From positions 64,001 to 128,000 of the forward strand of contig CAXBMO010000005.1 in NCBI GenBank assembly GCA_963977015.1: a stretch of 64,000 bases of DNA, read 5' to 3'. The notes beneath the pieces were generated by a model. The model worked only from the letters and a program-made list of their open reading frames with translations. It ran no database searches and was not told the DNA's origin. Below are positions 20,955 to 29,182 of this stretch, in pieces. How positions within the stretch are numbered: position 1 is the first letter of the stretch; every line of letters begins with the position of its first letter. Source of the DNA: an uncultured bacterium. Its GTDB lineage: Bacteria; Verrucomicrobiota; Verrucomicrobiia; Verrucomicrobiales; DEV007. Both the position numbers and the translations under genes were made by a program.

Positions 20955-22058
20955 ATGACAGTTCACCTTCCCTACGTAGGACTTCGGCCCTACGAAAAAT
21001 CCGAAGGCTCCTACTTTTGTGGGCGCCGTGGGGAGGTGTCGGTGCTTCTCGATGCGTATCTGGAACAAGCCGCCGAAAAAGGGAAGCTCCTCATTATCTA
21101 TGGACCGAGCGCGGTGGGAAAAACCTCGATGGTACAGGCCGGGTTGTGGCCCATTGTTCGCCTTGAAAAGGACGTGGCCAGGTTTGAACGCATTGTTCCG
21201 ACTTTTGAAGATGATCTGGCTTCCTTCTCCCAAAGAGTCCGCGCAATTGTCGGGCGGATGTCGGGAGGTGCGAGCGCGGAACGCACCTTGGTCTTCATTG
21301 ACGAAATCGACCAGGTTTTCGGTTACCCATTGAATGGTGAGTTGGAGGACGAAACCCGGCTTGTTCTGGTCAAGCTGCTCGAGTTTCTGGTCGAAGCCTC
21401 GAAACGTGGCATTGCGAGAATCCTCATTGGAGTCAGCGAACCCTGGTCCCGATTTCTCGAAGACGCCCCCACAAGTCAGCAATTTTTGGCGAATGCGCTC
21501 GATTTTTTCCGGCTCAATCACATGAGCACGTCGGGTATGGAAGAATTTCTTCGGCTCCCGGTCGCTCGTTGGAAAAAAGCTCCGAAAGATGCGGTTGGAG
21601 TCGTTGACCAAACTTTTTTCTACGACTTCTACGGCGAGATTTCGGCCAACCCGGCTTCGCTGCCTTTGGCCAACTACACCTTGGAACGCATTCTCGAAAC
21701 GGGAGACAAGACCAAGGCTTTCGACTATGTCGCCTACCGGGAAATGGGCGGGTTGCTGGGCGCAATGTTACAATATATTGAAGAGGTCTACTACAGTTGG
21801 CCGGAGGAATTGCAGGCTAAATTGCCCATTTTTCTGGAGCTCTTTCGCGCGGCCAGCACCGAAAATTCGGAACATGATGTCCGGTGTGCGCAGGTCAATC
21901 CGCTTGTTGCGGACCCCGATGCTCGGGAGGTATTTGGGAATCTTCTGCATGCCCGGATCCTTTGTTTGAAGGGCGATCGTTGGAACAACGCGGAAGCTCA
22001 GCTCGCCCATGATCGCCTGTTTGAGAAATGGCCGAGATCGACCGTGGGTGCCTACTGA
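20955..22058 (+). CDS. Stand-alone nSTAND1-like P-loop NTPase
   Basis: PYVGLRPY..YFCGR, Walker A GPSAVGKT followed by SMVQAGL, Walker B LVFIDE, SLPL, YREMGG, terminal AHDRLFEKWPR. Confidence 0.8.
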   Translation: MTVHLPYVGLRPYEKSEGSYFCGRRGEVSVLLDAYLEQAAEKGKLLIIYGPSAVGKTSMVQAGLWPIVRLEKDVARFERIVPTFEDDLASFSQRVRAIVGRMSGGASAERTLVFIDEIDQVFGYPLNGELEDETRLVLVKLLEFLVEASKRGIARILIGVSEPWSRFLEDAPTSQQFLANALDFFRLNHMSTSGMEEFLRLPVARWKKAPKDAVGVVDQTFFYDFYGEISANPASLPLANYTLERILETGDKTKAFDYVAYREMGGLLGAMLQYIEEVYYSWPEELQAKLPIFLELFRAASTENSEHDVRCAQVNPLVADPDAREVFGNLLHARILCLKGDRWNNAEAQLAHDRLFEKWPRSTVGAY

Positions 22059-22071
22059 TTCCCGCTCCGTT

Positions 22072-22554
22072 TCAGCTCCCGTGCCTCTCCAGGCCCTCCT
22101 CGAAGGTCGCTCGATCCAGTCCATTCCGAACATGGACCGCAGTTACCCCCAACGCAGCGACCTCAATGATGTTCCTCTCCTCATCATCAAAGAAGATCAT
22201 CTCTTCAAAACTGATATTGGTATCCGCCTGGAGCTTTTCAAAATGCCGGATTTTGCTGCTCGGATAAATTTCCTGATGCGCAAACCACGAATCCAGGTCC
22301 CAGGCTTTCAACAACCAATCCGCCCACTCCGGTCGAGTCGTGCGAGACGCGAGAGCAAGTCGACAATCGGCATCCTGCAGCTCATCCAACAATTCTCTCA
22401 CCTCTGCATATAGCAAAAACTCGTTCCCGCTCTGATCAAAGACTCGATCCTGCTCCTGTCGAAACGGCCAGTCCGTACAATCGATCCATTTCCCGCCGCA
22501 ATCCCAAAGGGTAAAGTCGAGATCGAACACCACCAATTTTGGATACACCTGCAT
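22072..22554 (-). CDS. Magnesium-dependent phosphatase-1 family HAD hydrolase
   Basis: VFDLDFTLW, ASRT, EIYPSSKIRHF, FFDDEERN. Confidence 0.9.
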   Translation of the reverse strand: MQVYPKLVVFDLDFTLWDCGGKWIDCTDWPFRQEQDRVFDQSGNEFLLYAEVRELLDELQDADCRLALASRTTRPEWADWLLKAWDLDSWFAHQEIYPSSKIRHFEKLQADTNISFEEMIFFDDEERNIIEVAALGVTAVHVRNGLDRATFEEGLERHGS

Positions 22555-22560
22555 TCCAGA

Positions 22561-23418
22561 CTAATCGGATCGCGAATGATAGTAGTGGGCCACCAGACGT
22601 TCACGTTCGTGTCCCGCCAGTAGCGTCCCGTCCACAAATGCCCTCGTAGCATCCTCCCGGCCCGACTCAAACAACTGGCGCGGAGTCGCGATTTCCACCA
22701 GTTCGCCCTTCTCCAAAACCGCAATGAGATCAGCAAACTGTTCCGCTCGCCGAACTCGCCCGGTGCCCATCAATACCGACATTCCCCGCTCCAACTTCAA
22801 GTCCTCCAACATATCGACCAGGTGGGCGACCGTATTACTGTCGAATTCGGCGGCTGGCTCATCCATAATCAGCAATCTGGGTTCACAGGCCAACGCCGAT
22901 GCGATCATCACCAATTGCCGGGTCTCGATATCCAGTTCCACCGGAAAACAGCGCTTCTCAATCAATGCCTCCGGATCCAGAATCCCAACTTTGTAGAGAT
23001 AGAAGATCGCGTGTGCGGCGCGATCCTTGATCTTGGGACGATTAAACCTCAGAAGAATGTCAAAATGTTGCCGGATGCTAAGCCGAGCATTAAAATTCTG
23101 GTGGGCGTTCTGTAGAATATAGGCAATTCGCGCGCCACGAATGTTCAGCAGTTTTTGATTTGAAGTGCGCAAGAGATTCTTCCCTTCAAACCAGATTTCT
23201 CCTTCAACCGATCGAACGGGGAGTTCGTGAAAAAAGCGTGTGATCGCGCGGAGAAGAAGGGATTTTCCACTGGCGGTTCTTCCCAGAATCGCAAGCGAAC
23301 TACCTCGAGCCAGGTCAAACGTGACACCATCGAGAATCTGTCGAGGCGGCTGCGAAAGTGAAGGAGGATGCAATTCAAGCCGCAGATCGTTGACGCTAAG
23401 AATGTGTTCCGAAGGCAT
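22561..23418 (-). CDS. OppD/DppD-like ABC ATP-binding protein with degenerate motifs
   Basis: Walker A GRTASGKS, Q-loop YILQN, Walker B LLIMDEP; signature and H-loop altered. Confidence 0.85.
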   Translation of the reverse strand: MPSEHILSVNDLRLELHPPSLSQPPRQILDGVTFDLARGSSLAILGRTASGKSLLLRAITRFFHELPVRSVEGEIWFEGKNLLRTSNQKLLNIRGARIAYILQNAHQNFNARLSIRQHFDILLRFNRPKIKDRAAHAIFYLYKVGILDPEALIEKRCFPVELDIETRQLVMIASALACEPRLLIMDEPAAEFDSNTVAHLVDMLEDLKLERGMSVLMGTGRVRRAEQFADLIAVLEKGELVEIATPRQLFESGREDATRAFVDGTLLAGHERERLVAHYYHSRSD

Positions 23419-23423
23419 GATCT

Positions 23424-24197
23424 TTAATTCGGGCGGGATTTCGGCAGGGACAGCAACCGATCAACAATCGGCACACAGGCATAGGCAATCAGACTTGCCA
23501 ATATAATCGCAAAGCCAGCATAAAACACCTGCCATGGATCATCGAGCATCTGATCTGCCCCCAGATGAATCAGGCTACCCCAGGTATAGCCCATCGGAAG
23601 TGGCATGAGCCCAACGGAGCTCAACATGGACTCCATCAATAAACTGTAGATGAACCCAAGAAAGAAGAACGGAATCGTCAAGGGGAGAAACTTCGGCCAG
23701 GCATATTCGATAAACACGCCAATGGGACTGTGGCCCAGAATCTTCGCCTGCATGAATTGAAACTCTTCCTTCGCTTCAGACACCCGCGTCAGCAACTGTC
23801 TTCCGATCAAGGGATAGATCGACAATGCGAGAACAAAGACGAGAAATACCGGATGGCTTTCTTCCCGGGTTCCGTAAACGACCAGCAATAGAACCAAGGG
23901 CGAAATACAGGCCAAAGTCTGCAACAACTGTCGCAAGACGAACTTGGTCCAAGCCCCAAAGTAAAGAATGCTGAATGCGGTGACGATGGCCAGGAAGTAG
24001 GTGATGAAGGCAGCCACCAAACTGGTGCCAATGGTAGGAGCAATGGCGGTTGTCACCTCATCCCGCGCGGCCTGTTTTGCCGCTGCGACCTGAGCATCCT
24101 GAGGGCTCATTTCAACCTGACCGGAGTCTTGGGCAGATCCCTGAGTCCAGGCCCCCAATACCAAAACCAGCCAAATGATGTAGTAGAATTTCCTCAT
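23424..24197 (-). CDS. ABC permease, OppC-like (divergent)
   Basis: Multiple TMs, QAKILGHS loop, LSSVGL...TWGSLI; start placed at ATG 24197 next to the upstream stop. Confidence 0.75.
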   Translation of the reverse strand: MRKFYYIIWLVLVLGAWTQGSAQDSGQVEMSPQDAQVAAAKQAARDEVTTAIAPTIGTSLVAAFITYFLAIVTAFSILYFGAWTKFVLRQLLQTLACISPLVLLLVVYGTREESHPVFLVFVLALSIYPLIGRQLLTRVSEAKEEFQFMQAKILGHSPIGVFIEYAWPKFLPLTIPFFFLGFIYSLLMESMLSSVGLMPLPMGYTWGSLIHLGADQMLDDPWQVFYAGFAIILASLIAYACVPIVDRLLSLPKSRPN

Positions 24198-24198
24198 T

Positions 24199-25071
24199 CT
24201 AATCCATTTCAGGAGCTGAAGGGTGACGCTCATCGATAAACTCGACAATAATATCGACCAACATGTTGGCCGCCAACAACGCAATGGAAATCCAGAGGCT
24301 GAGAACAGCCAGACGCTGAAGATCACTCTGCTCGGCAGCTTCATAAACCGCGTAGCCGAACCCCGGCACAAAGAAGGCGGTTTCAATCACAATGAGCACA
24401 CTGAGAAACAAGGAGAACAGGAAGGGAAACGATCTGAGCAGGGGCCTCCAAATCACCGTCGTCATTACGGTATCAAAGATCATCCGCTGGGTAATTCCCA
24501 ACGATCGAGCCGATCTCAATGAACCTGGCGAAAAGGCATTGGTCAGCGTCTGCGAAACTTGCCGGGCCACAAAGGCGATTCCCGACAACGAAAGCGGAAT
24601 GGCGAGAAGCAGGCATTTCCCAATGTAGATCGTGTCGATTTTTTCGATCTGCGTCGCTTCGCCACCAATGTAGATGCCCCAGTCGGCAATCGAGTAATAC
24701 AACACTACATAGGCAACCCAGAACGCAGGAATCGCGAGTGTAATACTGATGAGGGAATGCCCCAAGACCTGGGTCCAGAGCATCCGGTAACGTCCTAACA
24801 CGATGCCCAGGGGAACACCCAGCCCATAACTCAGGATCAGCGCTAATGCGAGAATCGTAACACTGTAAACCAGTGCCGGCAGGAGTGGCGTCATCCCGGT
24901 CAAGGCCGGATCACTCATCAAACGCCCACTGAACATCGCTTTGAAAAACCCCAGAAATGAGAGCGACGTGTCATAGGTGGTGTTCCCGCTCAAAATCACG
25001 AAAATCAGCACGCTCAACAGAAGCAGCTTTGCCACGCCAAGCGCGAGATTGCGACCGAAAACCTGGATCAT
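24199..25071 (-). CDS. ABC permease, OppB-like
   Basis: GVPLGI, AIPAFW, ARSLG, IETAFFVPGFG, NMLVDI; ATGA overlap with the SBP stop. Confidence 0.85.
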   Translation of the reverse strand: MIQVFGRNLALGVAKLLLLSVLIFVILSGNTTYDTSLSFLGFFKAMFSGRLMSDPALTGMTPLLPALVYSVTILALALILSYGLGVPLGIVLGRYRMLWTQVLGHSLISITLAIPAFWVAYVVLYYSIADWGIYIGGEATQIEKIDTIYIGKCLLLAIPLSLSGIAFVARQVSQTLTNAFSPGSLRSARSLGITQRMIFDTVMTTVIWRPLLRSFPFLFSLFLSVLIVIETAFFVPGFGYAVYEAAEQSDLQRLAVLSLWISIALLAANMLVDIIVEFIDERHPSAPEMD

Positions 25072-27203
25072 GGCTTGTTCAGTGGTGGAAGAATTGCGGC
25101 AGGCCCAATGGGTTCCTCTTGCGGTATTTTCACCCACCAGGCCAAATCGTGAGTCAACGAGACTCGGTTCTCGCCCACCTCTCTTCGAACGGGGCCTTGT
25201 TTGGTTGACTTGTCGACGACTACCGCTCGGTCACGCTGAAAGACTCGAGCTGAATCGCGCCGGAATAGCGGAGAAATGGGCTGTAGCTGCAACAGTTTGA
25301 CCTGCAATTCCCCGGCAAGCTTTCGCGCTTCGGAGTCGTCATACGTAGCGCGCAAAGCTTCCAGAAGCCGGTCGACTTCTTGATCTTTGACACTCGTAAA
25401 GTTGCCCTTGCCGGGGCCAGCCTCGCTGGAATGCCAGTTCGCATACTGGTCCAAGCTCCAGGTTAGCGGTTCCGTCATCAAAGCGGCATCGAAATCAACA
25501 TTGCCGTGTCGAAGCTTTGAGAGTTCTGCATACGAAGCGATGTGCAACTGAACCTGAGCCCCTACCTTGTCTCCAATTCGGCGCCACTGGCTCAACAACG
25601 ATCTCGCGATGTCACGCTGTAATTCATCTCCTCCAATCACGGCGAGGGTAAATGTCAGCGGAGTCCGATCCTTGTGGCGCGTCCCGTAGCGAATGCTGTT
25701 CCATCCCGCGCTCTCCAACAGCTTGATACTCTCTTCCGGGTCAAACGGCACCGGAGACACTTTGCTGTCAATATTGGCCCCCGGATGAAAGAGCTGATCA
25801 ACCAACTCACCATTCCCATCCAGCAGGTCATCGATCATTCTCTGCCGATCAACCGCCATTGCGAGCGCCTCCCTTACCCTCACATCCGCAAACACCTCTT
25901 TCTGCAGATTCCAAGCGATGTAGGTGTGGAAAACCGGAGGACTTTTCACCAAATCAAAATTCTCCCGATTCTGCAGATTTTCATAGGTTGTTGGTTTTGC
26001 CTCGTAGCTGTCGATCGAGTTGATCTGAAAAAGGATCCGCCGCATCCGTGCTTCCAACACTCGCTCGTAAACGAATCGCTGATTCTCCGGTTTGCCACGA
26101 AAGTAGTCTTCGTTCCGCTCCAGTCGAATCGGTCGTTCCGCTTCCCATTCCGCAATGGTGAAAGGCCCCGTTCCGATGAGAGGCGGAAGTCCGGTCTCGT
26201 TGGGAACGTGAAAATAAACGGCATGGGCAGGCAAAATCGGAAGCTCTTCCCACATTTCCAAGGTGCGGCCAATCGGCTTCTTGTAATACACCGTAAACGA
26301 GAGGGGACGCCTGGGTTCGATTCGCTCGATCGATTCCAACGCAGAGGTTACCACGGGTTGGGACTGGCTGTCCTTGGCCATGCTGAGACTGTGCATCACG
26401 TCATCCACCGTAAATGGCTTACCGTCGTGCCAACGAACCCCGTTGCGGAGATTCATCGTCATTCTGGTTGAGAACAGGTAGGAAACCGGCCCGACTTCCT
26501 TCAAAACCGGCTTAAGCTCGGGTTTGGTGTCGTAGTAAATCGCAACTTCGCGCCGAAAACGCTCCAACTTTCCAAACGTATAAAACTCGGCTTGATTGAC
26601 GCTGTTCGCTTTGATTCGGCGGACCTGCCATCCTTCAACCGCGGATTCGGCAAACGATCTCACGCTCTCGGCTGCCGAATCCTTCATCTGAAGTTCCCAC
26701 TTGATGAGTTCGGCCATATCTTCCTTGGCAAAGAATCCAAGCAACTCATCCTTCGCATTGGTGTGATGAGTGTTGAAGTCGACCAGAATCTCGATTTCGC
26801 CATCCGGCGAAATCCGTTCGATTCCCCACCCGTGCCATCGTGCTTTGGCATTTCCCAATTCCTTCAACCAGTGATCCCGGTGTTCCTGACTGCGGAAAAA
26901 GTAACGCGCCGTTGATCCATAGCTCCAATTTTCCGCGAGTCGCCCCTCCAGTTTCATCTCTGGCGATCGACCGAGCAGCCGGTCAAACAGCAGACTTTCG
27001 ATTTCCTCGGAGATGGGGTCCTGCTGCGTGAGTGGATCAATTCCAATCGGGACGGTGGTAATCGCGAAGGTGATGGCATCCGGGTCCACGGCTTCGCGCT
27101 CCGTTCGTGCCATGCTGGCGACAAAGTAGTAGGCCAGCACAATCAGGAGGAGAGGCAGAAAGTAGAGGCTAATTCGAAGCCATCGCACAAGAGGTTGAAT
27201 CAT
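25068..27203 (-). CDS. ABC substrate-binding protein, family 5, with large internal insertion
   Basis: N-terminal TM; LAENW, LRNGVRWHDGKPFTVDDV, IGTGPF, RNEDYF, DVRVREALAMAVDR. Confidence 0.88.
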   Translation of the reverse strand: MIQPLVRWLRISLYFLPLLLIVLAYYFVASMARTEREAVDPDAITFAITTVPIGIDPLTQQDPISEEIESLLFDRLLGRSPEMKLEGRLAENWSYGSTARYFFRSQEHRDHWLKELGNAKARWHGWGIERISPDGEIEILVDFNTHHTNAKDELLGFFAKEDMAELIKWELQMKDSAAESVRSFAESAVEGWQVRRIKANSVNQAEFYTFGKLERFRREVAIYYDTKPELKPVLKEVGPVSYLFSTRMTMNLRNGVRWHDGKPFTVDDVMHSLSMAKDSQSQPVVTSALESIERIEPRRPLSFTVYYKKPIGRTLEMWEELPILPAHAVYFHVPNETGLPPLIGTGPFTIAEWEAERPIRLERNEDYFRGKPENQRFVYERVLEARMRRILFQINSIDSYEAKPTTYENLQNRENFDLVKSPPVFHTYIAWNLQKEVFADVRVREALAMAVDRQRMIDDLLDGNGELVDQLFHPGANIDSKVSPVPFDPEESIKLLESAGWNSIRYGTRHKDRTPLTFTLAVIGGDELQRDIARSLLSQWRRIGDKVGAQVQLHIASYAELSKLRHGNVDFDAALMTEPLTWSLDQYANWHSSEAGPGKGNFTSVKDQEVDRLLEALRATYDDSEARKLAGELQVKLLQLQPISPLFRRDSARVFQRDRAVVVDKSTKQGPVRREVGENRVSLTHDLAWWVKIPQEEPIGPAAILPPLNKP

Positions 27204-27405
27204 GGTGGCAAATGAACAATTCGCAACCCCTGACATCCCACGAATCGGTGATAGCTGAGACGCCTCTCGTTCCCTTCCCTTCGAGAATCCTCCTTGGAAT
27301 CGGCAAATCGCGATGGTGAATTTTCGTATTTCCTTACGGATTTCCCTTAAGCCGGGATGCGCACTTGACGGGTAACGAATCCACGTCTTCCTATCCCAAC
27401 TTCGC

Positions 27406-28437
27406 ATGAAAGCCACCTCCATTTTACTCTTCGCCCTTCTCACCGTAAGTCCGTTGTTTGGCCAGGATGTGAACCGGGCTCAACTCGCGATCTTCGGGAA
27501 ATTGCCCGAAGTTTTTGAGTCGGAGAAGAATCCGCTCACCCAAGAAAAAATTGATCTGGGCCGGAAGCTCTACTACGAGCCACGACTGTCGAAGGCCCAG
27601 GAAATTTCCTGCAATTCCTGCCATGATCTCGCCTCCTATGGTGTCGACAATCTCGACTTCAGCATCGGTCATCTGGAGCACCGGACCGGCAGAAACTCGC
27701 CTACGGTATTGAATGCCGCCGGTCACCTCACCCAGTTTTGGGACGGACGGGCTCCCGATGTCGAAGAACAGGCCAAGGGCCCGGTTCTGGCTGGTGGAGA
27801 GATGGGAATGCCCAGTGAGGAGTATGTGGTCACCGTTTTGAAGTCGATTCCGGGTTATGTCGAAGAGTTCGCCAAGACGTTCCCCGGCGAGGACGATCCC
27901 GTCACTTACGACAATATGGCCAAAGCGATCGGAGCATTCGAACGGAAATTGGTGACGCCCGCCCCCTTTGACGACTACGTGGAGGGCGATGACGAAGCGC
28001 TCACGGAAGCCCAGAAGCGTGGACTCCAGACCTTCATCTCAACCGGTTGTATCACCTGCCACATGGGCCCCCTGGTCGGCGGCATGACCTACCAAAAGCT
28101 CGGCTTGGTGAAACCCTGGCCCGCGCTCACCGACAAGGGGAGAGGCGCCCTCACCGGCAACGCAGCGGAAGATTATTTCCTCAAAGTGCCCAGCCTTCGA
28201 AATGTCGACAAAACCGGCCCCTACCTGCACGACGGCTCGATCAACAGTCTGCCGCTGACGGTCGGGATGATGGCGGAATATCAGCTGGGGAAAACACTGA
28301 CCAACGGTGAAATTGCCGACATCACGGCCTTTCTTGAGTCGCTGACTGGTGAAATCGATGCTGAATTCGTCAAAAAACCGCAACTTCCACCAAACGGCCC
28401 CAACACCCCAAAACCAGACTTCAGTCCGGCCCTCTGA
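27406..28437 (+). CDS. Di-heme cytochrome c peroxidase (CCP/MauG family)
   Basis: CNSCH and CITCH; RNSPTVLNA, QFWDGRA, KVPSLRNV..TGPYLHDG. Confidence 0.93.
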   Translation: MKATSILLFALLTVSPLFGQDVNRAQLAIFGKLPEVFESEKNPLTQEKIDLGRKLYYEPRLSKAQEISCNSCHDLASYGVDNLDFSIGHLEHRTGRNSPTVLNAAGHLTQFWDGRAPDVEEQAKGPVLAGGEMGMPSEEYVVTVLKSIPGYVEEFAKTFPGEDDPVTYDNMAKAIGAFERKLVTPAPFDDYVEGDDEALTEAQKRGLQTFISTGCITCHMGPLVGGMTYQKLGLVKPWPALTDKGRGALTGNAAEDYFLKVPSLRNVDKTGPYLHDGSINSLPLTVGMMAEYQLGKTLTNGEIADITAFLESLTGEIDAEFVKKPQLPPNGPNTPKPDFSPAL

Positions 28438-28447
28438 AATCCAGCCC

Positions 28448-28828
28448 ATGAACGGGCGCCAATCCATCACGTTTATCTGCGTTACACTCGCGCTAGCAGC
28501 GGGAACGGCGTTTTTCGCCCTGAAAACTCACCGCGAGGCAGAGGAGGTTCGGGCCATGTCCCGGGAGGTTGAGTCCCAAATCGCCGCAAAACTTGATTCT
28601 GCTCAAGCCCAGGTCGCGGCCACTGAAACCGCGATTGGAAAAGAGTCCGAAACACAACGCATTGCGATGCTCGCGCGGTTGAAACGGGCCAGCGGAGAAC
28701 TGGCGTCGCTGCGGGCGAGTGGAGGGAGCGAAACCCGGATTTCCGCGCTCGAGACGGAAATTCGTAACCTTCAGGCGAAAATCGCCGAAATCGACCACCC
28801 GGTCAGTCCGTCAACCTCAGCCAAGTAG
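28448..28828 (+). CDS. Hypothetical membrane-anchored coiled-coil protein
   Basis: Hydrophobic N-terminus then A/E/Q-rich heptads; starts 10 nt after the peroxidase stop. Confidence 0.6.
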   Translation: MNGRQSITFICVTLALAAGTAFFALKTHREAEEVRAMSREVESQIAAKLDSAQAQVAATETAIGKESETQRIAMLARLKRASGELASLRASGGSETRISALETEIRNLQAKIAEIDHPVSPSTSAK

Positions 28829-29182
28829 CTCCCCAATCCGAACTCGAACGGCTTTGGAGTGTCCGGCGAGAACCCTGTCGAACGAGTGCTCGATCAATTC
28901 GAGCACGAACGCATTCCCAAGCGATCCATCGAGCTTGAGGGTATTCCAATGGCGCTTGTTCATGTGATATCCAGGTTCGATCGCCTCATGCTCGTCGCGC
29001 AGTTCCACCGCACGATCGGGATCACACTTGAGATTCATCCGGACCGGAACTTCATCCGGACTCAACGTCGCAAACATTTTTCCCGCGACCTTGTAGACCA
29101 GATGTTCGGGACCAAAGGGCGTTTCCTCGGTCGTCTCAGGGAAGCCCAACAGCTTCTTGCGCAAGAGCTCGATATCGTTCAC
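28817..29182 (-). CDS. MmcQ/YjbR family DNA-binding protein
   Basis: PFGPEHLVYKVAGKMFA, NLKCDP, PGYHMNKRHWN; GTGA overlap with the upstream stop. Confidence 0.9.
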   Translation of the reverse strand: MNDIELLRKKLLGFPETTEETPFGPEHLVYKVAGKMFATLSPDEVPVRMNLKCDPDRAVELRDEHEAIEPGYHMNKRHWNTLKLDGSLGNAFVLELIEHSFDRVLAGHSKAVRVRIGELLG

